This document shows, piece by piece, positions 19,816 to 27,855 of a stretch of 64,000 bases of DNA (position 1 is the first letter of the stretch; every line of letters starts with the position of its first letter). A model generated the notes under the pieces. That model searched no databases. It was not told where the DNA came from and was given only the letters and a program-made list of their open reading frames with translations. This DNA is from Candidatus Krumholzibacteriota bacterium (lineage in GTDB: Bacteria > Krumholzibacteriota > Krumholzibacteriia > JAJRXK01). Location of the stretch: the NCBI GenBank assembly GCA_963727455.1, contig CAVSGG010000009.1, positions 128,001-192,000 of the forward strand. Reading direction: 5' to 3'. The translations under genes and the position numbers were made by a program.

Positions 19816-20073
19816 ATGGAAAAGCTCGAGAACCACGTCGTTTCCGCGTGGGAATGGCGAATCCTTTCGCGCTTGCGAGAGGTTCCGGAAGGACCGCTCC
19901 GCGACAGGCTCTTGGATTTTCTGAATGAACTCGTCGTCTTCGTACAGGAGCCCCGTTGCGCCCAAGTTCAGGCCGATGGAGTTCCCTGTGGAGCCGTCGA
20001 CGCGGATTGCGAGGAGTGTCTGAAGGTCAACGAGCTTCTGGACACTCTGCACGGATCACTGCAGCGACCCTGA
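19816..20073 (+). CDS. small hypothetical protein with a 4-Cys motif
   Basis: GGAGGA RBS at 19801; C-x9-C-x6-C-x2-C; directly downstream of the ferredoxin. Confidence 0.65.
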   Translation: MEKLENHVVSAWEWRILSRLREVPEGPLRDRLLDFLNELVVFVQEPRCAQVQADGVPCGAVDADCEECLKVNELLDTLHGSLQRP

Positions 20074-20115
20074 GCACACCCTCTTTTCTCAGAGTATGGT
20101 GTTCTCGGTCCCCCA

Positions 20116-20153
20116 GGCGGGGTACGCTTTCGCGGCGTGCCCCGTTGTCGTTT
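20116..20153 (+). terminator. putative terminator hairpin after the ferredoxin transcript
   Basis: GGCGGGGTACGC-TTTCGCG-GCGTGCCCCGTT followed by a weak U tract (GTCGTTT). Confidence 0.45.
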
Positions 20154-20197
20154 CAAGGGGACGGCTTCGACGCCTCTCTGGGAATCGAGATCGCATC

Positions 20198-20995
20198 ATG
20201 TCCATCGCCCAGCCCCAGTTCTACGAAGATCCCTCCATCTACGACATCCTGCACTCGCCATCCACCGGCGAGGACTGCGAGGTCCTGGAGGGGCTTTTCG
20301 AACGTTACGTGGCCAGCAACGGGGTGAAGGGAAGCTGGCTGGAACCTGCCTGCGGGTCAGGCCGATTCCTGCGCGTCCTGGGCGGAAGGGGTCGCCGGAT
20401 TCTCGGATTCGACCAGAACCGCAAGATGGTCGAGTACGCCAGAAGACGCCTGCGGAAACTCGGCCTCAGCTCAAGGGCGCGCGTCTTCGTGGCTTCGATG
20501 GAGTCCTTCGCGGCAAAGGTCCCGGCCGCCAGTGTCGCGCTGGCTTTCAACACCATCAACACGATCCGCCATTTGGAGTCGGATGAGGCCTTTCTCGCGC
20601 ACTTCTCCGAGATGGCGCGCGTCCTCGCTCCCGGTGGAGTTTACGTGGTGGGTATGAGTCTCAGCGCCTACGGCGAAGAGGAGCCGAGCGAGGATGCCTG
20701 GGAGGGTCGGCGCGGCCGGTGCCGGGTTCACCAGCTCGTGCAGTACCTTCCGCCAGAGGCCGGTGGCGCTGGATCACGAGCGGAACAGGTCCTCTCGCAT
20801 CTCACGATCGAAAGGCCAAGCCGCACCGAACAGCGAGATCACCGCTATGCACTGCGCTGCTACGACAAAAAGCAGTGGCACGCACTGATCCGTAAATCCG
20901 CACTCAGAATCGTGGAAGTAACGAGTGACGAGGGTATCGCTATGCGGGATTTCGACGGGAGCTACTTTCTCTACCTGCTGAAGCAGCGAGGCTGA
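20198..20995 (+). CDS. class I SAM-dependent methyltransferase
   Basis: WLEPACGSGRF motif I, ARVLAPGG. Confidence 0.85.
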   Translation: MSIAQPQFYEDPSIYDILHSPSTGEDCEVLEGLFERYVASNGVKGSWLEPACGSGRFLRVLGGRGRRILGFDQNRKMVEYARRRLRKLGLSSRARVFVASMESFAAKVPAASVALAFNTINTIRHLESDEAFLAHFSEMARVLAPGGVYVVGMSLSAYGEEEPSEDAWEGRRGRCRVHQLVQYLPPEAGGAGSRAEQVLSHLTIERPSRTEQRDHRYALRCYDKKQWHALIRKSALRIVEVTSDEGIAMRDFDGSYFLYLLKQRG

Positions 20996-21029
20996 GCGTG
21001 CTCTGGATTTCGACTCCCGTCACCGCCCT

Positions 21030-21398
21030 CTAGGTGGTCTGCTCGACCGTCAGGGTGAAGCGTTCCACTTCGCGCACTTCCATGTCCCCCAGACCGACTT
21101 CCTGTTCGAGATATAACAGAACGCGGTGGGGATCGACGTCCCCGCAGGTGAAGATGTCCAGCGCGATGAGCCCCAGGTTCGCATAGCTATGGGCGGAGAC
21201 GTGGCTCTCGTCCAACATGCAAATTGCCGCGAAGCCGGGAGGAGAGTCTTGACCAAATCGATAGCGAAGCTGCGAAATGACGTTCGCTCCCGCTCGGTCA
21301 GCCGAGCGCGCCATTGCCTCGAGAAAGCTTTTGTCGTCAAGACAGATCGACTCCGGGACGCCCCGGCAGTCGACGAGCAAATGTCTTCCTTTGTGCAC
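21030..21398 (-). CDS. speD: pyruvoyl-dependent S-adenosylmethionine decarboxylase proenzyme (SpeD/SpeH class 1b)
   Basis: GRHLLVD, LDE|SHVSAH cleavage site, LDIFTCG; AAGGAG RBS before the GTG at 21398. Confidence 0.85.
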   Translation of the reverse strand: MHKGRHLLVDCRGVPESICLDDKSFLEAMARSADRAGANVISQLRYRFGQDSPPGFAAICMLDESHVSAHSYANLGLIALDIFTCGDVDPHRVLLYLEQEVGLGDMEVREVERFTLTVEQTT

Positions 21399-21495
21399 TC
21401 GGGAACTCCTTGAGATCTCCAAGTCCAGCTGGCGTCCAAACGCTCCCCACGGAGTTCTTCCCCCAATTTGGCACGCCGATTCGGGAACGGGACAA

Positions 21496-21501
21496 ATTAT
21501 A
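21496..21501 (-). promoter_or_regulatory. consensus -10 box upstream of speD
   Basis: TATAAT on the minus strand within an AT-rich patch; no clear -35. Confidence 0.4.
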
Positions 21502-21593
21502 GAATTTAGGAAGGCCGCCGCACGAGTTTTTCGCCCCTGAGGGCGTTTTTTCCAAAGAGTGGCTCTGAGGGCCCAAACAGGGCCAATTCCGAC

Positions 21594-22843
21594 TCAGCGG
21601 ATCTCGCCGTCCACCCCGTCCTCCCCTTCCGTGGTGGCAATGATGGCCGCGCCGCAGGAGTCGCTGGTCACGTTGACCATGGTGCGCAGCATGTCCAGAG
21701 GGCGGTCGATGGCCAGCATGGTCCCCACGATCAGACCCACCTGGGGGCCCTTCAGGTGGATGGCGTCGGTGATGATGAAGATCATCACCAGACCGGCCGA
21801 GGGGATTCCGGCCGCGCCGATGCTGGCCAGAAGGGCGGTGACCACCACCACGAGCTGTGAGTGGAGATCGAGGGGAATCCCCATCACCTGGGCGATGAAA
21901 ATGACGCCGACGCACTCGTAGAGCGCCGTGCCGTCCATGTTGATGGTCGCGCCCATAGGCAGTACGAAGGACGAGATCCGATTGCTCACCCCGACCTTCT
22001 CTTCGGTGCAGCGCAAGGTCACGGGAAGGGTGGCCGAAGATGAAGAGGTGGAAAAGGCCATGAGCATGGCCTCGGACATGTTCCGGTAATGAACGTGCGG
22101 CGCGAGACCTCCCACGAATTTCAAGAGCAGAGGCAGGGTGAGGAAGAGGTGGATGGTGAGACCCAAGACGATCGTCAGCATGTAAAGACCGAGAGACTCA
22201 GGGCATTCAGTCCGGATCGCGCGGCCGCCGTCGTGATCAGGCCGAGCACTCCCAGGGGAGCCAGGCGAATGATCCCCGCGGTGATCACCATCATCAGTTC
22301 GAACGCGGCGTCGATGAAACCGCTCAGCGTCTCGCGCTCCTTGTTCGGCAGTCCCAGAATCCCCGCGCCACAGAGAATCGAGAAAAAGATGATGGCGAGC
22401 ATGTCCCCGTTGGCCATGGCCGACACGGGGTTGGTGGGAATCAGGCGGTAGAAGATCTCGGTCAGGCTTCCGGGAGTCTGGAGCGTGGGAAGCGCGTTCG
22501 AAGCCGCCTGGCCCAGATCAGCGCCCACTCCGGGCTTGATGAGGTTTACCAGTACGAGCCCGGTGAGGACAGCGACGAGGCTGGTGGAGATGTAGTAGAC
22601 GAGGGTCTTGATCGAAAGGCGTCCGAGCTTGGCGCCCGCACCGGCCGAAACCACTCCGGAGATGATGCTGGTGAAGATCAGGGGAACGATCACCATACGC
22701 AACAGACGCACGAAGATGGTGCCCATCCAGCCCACCCAGTGGACTGCTCCTTCGGAGAAGAGCACGCCGAGGATCGCGCCCACGAGCATGGCCGCGAAGA
22801 CCTGATTGTGCAGTTTTTTGTACCAGGGATCCGAAGGGGTCAT
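21594..22843 (-). CDS. dicarboxylate/amino acid:cation symporter (DAACS, GltP-like), frameshifted at about 22197
   Basis: two ORFs (22175-22843 and 21594-22181) are joined by restoring 1 nt (GLNAL-K-SLGLYMLT); AFSTSSS, LPMGATINMDGTALY, DMLRTMVNV. Confidence 0.88.
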
Positions 22844-22885
22844 GATCGATGGATCATGCCCATCGTTCGCCGCTTTGACAAGTCT

Positions 22886-24286
22886 CTACGCCCAGGGCCT
22901 GCCCCACTGCGCCGGCAGAAGCAGCGCGAAGATGCTTCCCTCACCCTCGATGCTCTTCACCAGGAGTTCGCCGTTGATCTCCTTCACCAGCCTGCGGCAG
23001 CTTGCCAAACCCATTCCGGCGCCACGCACGCCCTTCAGCGGTGAATTGCTGGCCTGCGCGAAGGGTTCGAAGATGGAGGAGAGTTCGTCCTGGGGGATCC
23101 CGATCCCCGAATCGATGATCTCCAACACCACGCACATGTCGCGCGCCGGATGGGGTCCCGGCGGAGGACTCTCTCCGGGCAGGAAGATGGGGAGAAGCTG
23201 ACGATCGCTGCAACCGTCCAGAATTTCGCGGTACAGGGGCAAGCGGTCGACCTGCGGCCGGCCGATCCACCATTCGCGCGAAGTCGCGTAGCAGTGGACC
23301 GCGGCCCAGGGGAAATCCTTGCGGGCATAACTCTGCGCGTTCTGCAGAATCCCTTGCAGCACCGCCTTCACCTTCGCCGGGTCCATGCGTACGTTGGCTT
23401 CCGGCTCGAAGAGATGTCCTTCGGCAACGTGGAATCCGCTGAGGTCCTGCTTGTAGAGCAGAGGACTGAGGACCTCGGAGATGAACTGGGGTTGCGTCAT
23501 CGAGAGGAGTTCGGACGGGGGATGCAGGCCGTCGTCCTCGGTCGAATCCGCCACTCGAAGTAAGGACTGCACCAATTCGCTGAGTCGATCGACCGCCTCT
23601 TGGTGCATGTCGAAGAGTTCGACTTGTTTCTCCGGCTCCGCTTCGCGCGCGAGTTCGACGGCGCTCTTGGCCACCATGAGCGGTGTGTTGAATTCGTGAC
23701 TCACGTGGTCGAGAATGACTCTGCGCAGCCGCTCAGCCTCTTCGATCTTCAGTTTCGCGCGCAGCATGTGCTCGTAGGTGAGCGCGCGCTGCACCATCGT
23801 CCCGATCACCAGACCCATGGCGGCCAGGACGCTCTCTTCGGCGTCGTCGAGACGGCGGCCGGGAATTCGACCACCCAGAAGGAGGAGGGCCACCGGTCGC
23901 TTCGAATCGCGCAGGTACGCGGCGTATTGGAAATTCTTCAGTATCTCCGCCGGCATTCCCCACCAGGGATCGATGTCCACCGTACACGGGCTGCCGGACA
24001 ACACCGATTCCATGGTCTCGGTGTTGGGGATGGCCTCGGGGAGCTGCGCGCAGTCCACTCCCACCGCCTGACAGATGCGGAAACGGGTGCGGCCGCCGGA
24101 GGGAAGATAGAGCGCCACCTGCTGCACGCGGAATTGGCCCGCCACGGTCAAGAGCGAGAGCTTCGCGACTTGCTCGAGCTCCAAGGTGTTCCCCAAGGCC
24201 TTGATGAGCTCGAAGAGCGCCTCGAAGGAGCGGCTCTGAAGCTGGAGACGCACGGACAGCTCGTCCCTCGCGTGCAGGTCGGTCAT
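22886..24286 (-). CDS. cytoplasmic GAF-domain sensor histidine kinase
   Basis: start MTDLHARD; GAF-like N-terminal half; H-box VSHEFNTPL, N-box LQNA, DSGIGI, IFEPF, GAGMGL. Confidence 0.85.
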   Translation of the reverse strand: MTDLHARDELSVRLQLQSRSFEALFELIKALGNTLELEQVAKLSLLTVAGQFRVQQVALYLPSGGRTRFRICQAVGVDCAQLPEAIPNTETMESVLSGSPCTVDIDPWWGMPAEILKNFQYAAYLRDSKRPVALLLLGGRIPGRRLDDAEESVLAAMGLVIGTMVQRALTYEHMLRAKLKIEEAERLRRVILDHVSHEFNTPLMVAKSAVELAREAEPEKQVELFDMHQEAVDRLSELVQSLLRVADSTEDDGLHPPSELLSMTQPQFISEVLSPLLYKQDLSGFHVAEGHLFEPEANVRMDPAKVKAVLQGILQNAQSYARKDFPWAAVHCYATSREWWIGRPQVDRLPLYREILDGCSDRQLLPIFLPGESPPPGPHPARDMCVVLEIIDSGIGIPQDELSSIFEPFAQASNSPLKGVRGAGMGLASCRRLVKEINGELLVKSIEGEGSIFALLLPAQWGRPWA

Positions 24287-25050
24287 TGCTCCACCCTCTT
24301 GAAGAAGCCCACCCGGTTCCCCGATCCGTCGAAACTGTGCTCGTATTGGTCGAGTAGACGACAGAACCAGCCCGCTTCGGCCGAAGCGCGTCCACAGCGT
24401 GTGATGGACTCCGCGTTGAGATGCGCCCCACCGAGGGAGGACGGGTCGAAGGGCGGTCCATCGTCGCTCATCCAGCCCTCGATGCCCTCGTCTCGAAAGC
24501 GCAGCGAGAGCTCGAGAACTTGCGCCACCTGGGGTGAATTCTCCCCGCGCAGAGCCTCGGCGTGATCCAGGAACTGGGAGCCGATCTCGAACAGCGCGGT
24601 CCTCAGCTCGAAGAGAGAGGGATCCTCGTTGCCCCAGGTCGCCAGGATCATGACCAGACCGGCGTCCAGGACCGCGCGGCTCTCCGGGCTGGCCGCCAGT
24701 TGCATTTCGTAGTAGGGCTTCCCCTCCTGCATGCATCCCCGAAGTTGAAGGGACGAGGTTTTGGCGCCGCTGTTTCCCTGCCCCAAGGAGAAGGGCAAAT
24801 TTCCCAGGCAGGCCCGGCACTTCCCGCGCCGTTCGGGGCCCATGTAGGCTTCCAGTTGGGTGATTCCGCCCTTCGAACTCGCGAAATGGAGCAGCACCCC
24901 GGAGAAGCCCAAGTCCAGGGCGACCTCGGCCAGCCGCGCGAAGTCCTCCCGCACGCGCAGGGTATTTCCCGTCAGTGCGAGGAAGGACGCGGAACGCTGA
25001 GCCTCGTTGAAGGATTCGAGTAGGAGCATGAGCACTGGCCCGGCGGCCAT
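24283..25050 (-). CDS. RsbW/anti-sigma-like HATPase domain protein (degenerate)
   Basis: C-terminal half ELRTALFEIG...SDDGPPFDP...RLLD...GNRVGFFK resembles HATPase_c_2; ATGA overlap with the kinase gene. Confidence 0.55.
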   Translation of the reverse strand: MAAGPVLMLLLESFNEAQRSASFLALTGNTLRVREDFARLAEVALDLGFSGVLLHFASSKGGITQLEAYMGPERRGKCRACLGNLPFSLGQGNSGAKTSSLQLRGCMQEGKPYYEMQLAASPESRAVLDAGLVMILATWGNEDPSLFELRTALFEIGSQFLDHAEALRGENSPQVAQVLELSLRFRDEGIEGWMSDDGPPFDPSSLGGAHLNAESITRCGRASAEAGWFCRLLDQYEHSFDGSGNRVGFFKRVEQ

Positions 25051-25258
25051 TTTTTGGCCGCTGGCGCCGGGGAAAAAGGTGTCGATCGCGCCACGGTGGG
25101 GCCCAATTGCCTCGGAAACCCCGTGCGCATCTCCGGATGTGCAAGACCTATTCCCCGATTGAGCTCAGATCCCAAAGGGCGACGCCGCGAGACCAATTCC
25201 CGCGGCGCCACCGGGAAGCCGACCCCGCCGGTGCGGCTCCCCCTCGCTTGGACCTGGC

Positions 25259-26263
25259 CTACCAGCCGCTGATCAGGGAGTCGGCGCTGGCGGTGGCCAC
25301 TTTGGTCTCGCTCTCTTGCTGCTCGGCTCGGCGCTCCTGATACGCCACTACCGCCTTGACCCGCTCCGCGCTCTCACCGGCAGTTTCATGCCCAAGGTCG
25401 AGAGCCTGCTGGTAGGAGGCCAAGGCCTCGCTCAGGTTTCCCAGGTGCTCCTCCACCACACCCAGGTTGTTCTGGAAGCTGGCAATCTCGGGGCGGAGCC
25501 GCACCGCCGCTCGCAGCGGCTGCTCCGCTTCCTCGAAACGCGATTCGAGGATCCGCAGATAGCCCAGGTTGTTCCAGGCCCACGCGTGCTCGGGGTCGAG
25601 CTGGACCGCCTTGCTCAACGCGGCGTCCGCCTCTTCGCGGTTTCCCTGCTGGAGTTCCACGCGGCCCAGAACTTCCCAGGCATCCGCGAAATCGAGTTGC
25701 AGATCCAGAGCGGAATCCACGAGTTCGCGCGCGGTCTGCGGGTCCTTCGCCGCCAGGTAGGCCCGTGCGAGGTTTACCTGGTAGCGGGCGGAATCCGGCT
25801 TCAACTCCACGGCCCGCTCCAACTCGCTCACGGCGAGTTCCGACTCCTGGAGCTTCAGGTAGCAGAGACCCAGGAGATAGTGCCGGCCGGCCCGACTTTC
25901 CTGCGCACGCACGGCCGTTTCCAGTGCACCGCGCGCCGCGGCGTAGTCGCCCTGCTCGTAGAGACCACAGCCTCTGGCCCAGGCGTTTTCCTCGTCCTGA
26001 CTCCTCGAGGCCGCCGCGGATTCCTCCTTCGAGCTGGCGCCGGGAGGGCTCGGATCGGATTTCCGTGCCGCGAGTTCCTCCGCCGGCTCCTTCTGCGTCA
26101 CGGCCGCGCTGCTGGGTTGCGCCGCGGGCGCCGGGCTCGCGGTGGCGCTCGCGGTGGCGCGCTCGCCGCCCGCCGTGGCGGGTTCGTGGCTGGATTGGGA
26201 GAGAAAGATGAGGGCGTAGACGATCAGGGCCGAGCCCAGGAGGGGAATCAGAGTCCATTTCAT
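25259..26263 (-). CDS. exported or membrane-anchored tetratricopeptide repeat protein
   Basis: start MKWTLIPLLGSALIVYALIFL; Ala/Pro/Ser linker; about 6 TPRs (AWNNLG, FQNNLG). Confidence 0.88.
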   Translation of the reverse strand: MKWTLIPLLGSALIVYALIFLSQSSHEPATAGGERATASATASPAPAAQPSSAAVTQKEPAEELAARKSDPSPPGASSKEESAAASRSQDEENAWARGCGLYEQGDYAAARGALETAVRAQESRAGRHYLLGLCYLKLQESELAVSELERAVELKPDSARYQVNLARAYLAAKDPQTARELVDSALDLQLDFADAWEVLGRVELQQGNREEADAALSKAVQLDPEHAWAWNNLGYLRILESRFEEAEQPLRAAVRLRPEIASFQNNLGVVEEHLGNLSEALASYQQALDLGHETAGESAERVKAVVAYQERRAEQQESETKVATASADSLISGW

Positions 26264-26315
26264 GGTGGCGTCCTTTCGCTGAAGGCAGAGGGAAGTGTTC
26301 CCGGAATCTCCCCTA

Positions 26316-26331
26316 CGCAGCCTGCGAGCCA
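26316..26331 (-). promoter_or_regulatory. sigma54 -24/-12 promoter of the TPR gene
   Basis: TGGCTCGCAGGCTGCG, GG-N10-GC spacing, 52 bp upstream of the ATG. Confidence 0.65.
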
Positions 26332-26347
26332 GCACGGTGAATCTCCG

Positions 26348-26380
26348 TAAGCTATTGTCATTAAGTAAATTATGAAATTC
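26348..26380 (-). promoter_or_regulatory. IHF-like binding site
   Basis: minus strand AT-rich tract followed by GACAA-TAGC-TTA (consensus WATCAA-N4-TTR), between the enhancer-like sites and the -24/-12 box. Confidence 0.5.
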
Positions 26381-26406
26381 GATCGGGAAGGGATTTCCTT
26401 CAAAAC

Positions 26407-26491
26407 CGTGTCTCTGTGGACACACCTTTCCAGGCGAAAGCTGCAAGCGAAGCAGGGGCAGGGACTTGCATGGTGTGTCAAATCTGACACG
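26407..26491. promoter_or_regulatory. two palindromic enhancer-like sites, GTGTC-N6-GACAC
   Basis: GTGTCTCTGTGGACAC (26408-26423) and GTGTCAAATCTGACAC (26475-26490); their flanks are mutually inverted (CGTGTC...GACACACC / GGTGTGTC...GACACG). Confidence 0.65.
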
Positions 26492-26511
26492 AATGGAGAG
26501 GGGGCTTCCTC

Positions 26512-27855
26512 TCAGGAATCGCTCAGGGTGAGGCCCAGCGCCTTCGCCTTCTTGTAGAGGTGGCTGCGTTCCAAGCCGAGTCGCCGCGCCGCCTCGCTCA
26601 CGTTGCCTCCTGCCCCCCGCAGGGCGCGGGTGATGGCCCTGCGCTCGGCCTCCTCCACGATCGCGCGCAAGTTCTCCCCCTCATTCTTCGCTGAGCCCGT
26701 GCCCAGTGCGGTGTGCACCGCGCTCTCCTGGATGCTCTCGCTGGTGGAGAGGATGGCCAGGCGTTCGACCATGTTGCGCAACTCGCGGATGTTGCCCGGC
26801 CAGTCGTAGCGACCCAGAGCGCGCAGAGCTCCCGCCGAGAAGCGCCGCGGAGGCAATTTCTGCCTGGCGACCTCCAGCGCGAGGAAGTGCTCGGCCAAGA
26901 GGGGTAGGTCCTCCATGTGATCCCTCAAGGGTGGGGCGAAGAGGGGAACCACTTGAAGCCGGTGATAGAGGTCTTCGCGAAAGCTCCCCTCGCGCACCGC
27001 TTCGCGCAGATCGCGATGGGTCGCCGCCAACACCCTCACGTCCAGCGTCTTGACTCGCGAACTGCCCACCTTCGAGACCTCGCCGCTTTCGAGCACCCGC
27101 AGGAGCTTGGCCTGCATGCTGAGCGGCATGTCTCCGATCTCGTCGAGAAAGAGGGTGCCGCCGTCGGCCGATTCGAATGCACCCGCGCGCGCCGTCGTCG
27201 CCCCGGTGAAGGCTCCGCGCACGTGACCAAAGAGTTCGCTCTCGATGAGTTCGGCCGGAATCGCCGCGCAGTTCAAGGCGAGAAAGGGGCGCTCGCGTCG
27301 CGGACTCCCCGAGTGCAGTGCCTTGGCGATGAGTTCCTTGCCGGTTCCGCTCTCGCCCTGGATCAGGACCCTGGCCTGCGTGGGAGCCACCTGGCTGATT
27401 CGTTCTCTCAGAGCCACGATTGGAGGCGCCTGGCCCAGAATGGTCTCACTGAAAGCCTGGGCGCGCAGGCGGGCGTTCTCGCGCTGCAGCTCGGACTTGC
27501 GCAGCGCGTTGCCGAGTGTCAACAGGGTCTTGTCGCGGGTGAGAGGTTTTTCCAGGAAATCGCTCGCGCCCGCGTGGACTGCTCGTACCGCGGTCTCGAT
27601 GGTGGCGTGACCGCTCATCATCACCACGCTCAAATTGGGAGCGCTCGCTTTGAGCTTCGCCAGCGTGGCGAGCCCGTCCATTCCCGAGAGCCGAACGTCC
27701 AGAAGGACGGCATCCACTTCCCCGTTGGCGCAGTGTTCCACGGCCTCCTCGCCGCTCTCCACGCAATCGACCTCGTAACCCGCGAGCAGGAGCATCTGCT
27801 CGAGCATGGCTCTTATGTTGCGCTCATCGTCCACGACCAAGACATGCCGGCTCAC
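26512..27855 (-). CDS. sigma54-dependent response regulator (NtrC/NtrX family)
   Basis: REC VLVVDD...LLDV; [37 protein letters not shown]; Fis-type HTH. Confidence 0.95.
   Translation of the reverse strand: MSRHVLVVDDERNIRAMLEQMLLLAGYEVDCVESGEEAVEHCANGEVDAVLLDVRLSGMDGLATLAKLKASAPNLSVVMMSGHATIETAVRAVHAGASDFLEKPLTRDKTLLTLGNALRKSELQRENARLRAQAFSETILGQAPPIVALRERISQVAPTQARVLIQGESGTGKELIAKALHSGSPRRERPFLALNCAAIPAELIESELFGHVRGAFTGATTARAGAFESADGGTLFLDEIGDMPLSMQAKLLRVLESGEVSKVGSSRVKTLDVRVLAATHRDLREAVREGSFREDLYHRLQVVPLFAPPLRDHMEDLPLLAEHFLALEVARQKLPPRRFSAGALRALGRYDWPGNIRELRNMVERLAILSTSESIQESAVHTALGTGSAKNEGENLRAIVEEAERRAITRALRGAGGNVSEAARRLGLERSHLYKKAKALGLTLSDS

Noticed and set aside
21005-21028. TTCGACTCCCGTCACCGCC resembling a tRNA/tmRNA 3' end or att site
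   Set aside because: No T-stem pairing, CCA end, cloverleaf or integrase nearby
21468-21483. TGGCACG sigma54 -24-like box
   Set aside because: The -12 GC is missing (TTCG) and it faces no plus-strand gene
24287-25144. N-terminal extension of the 752-aa kinase ORF
   Set aside because: It overlaps the RsbW-like gene in another frame; the RBS and ATGA coupling support a start at 24286
25140-25156. Minus-strand GG-N10-GC (GGAATAGGTCTTGCA) upstream of the RsbW-like gene
   Set aside because: Good -12 but poor -24 element, and no enhancer or IHF-like site seen; too weak to call
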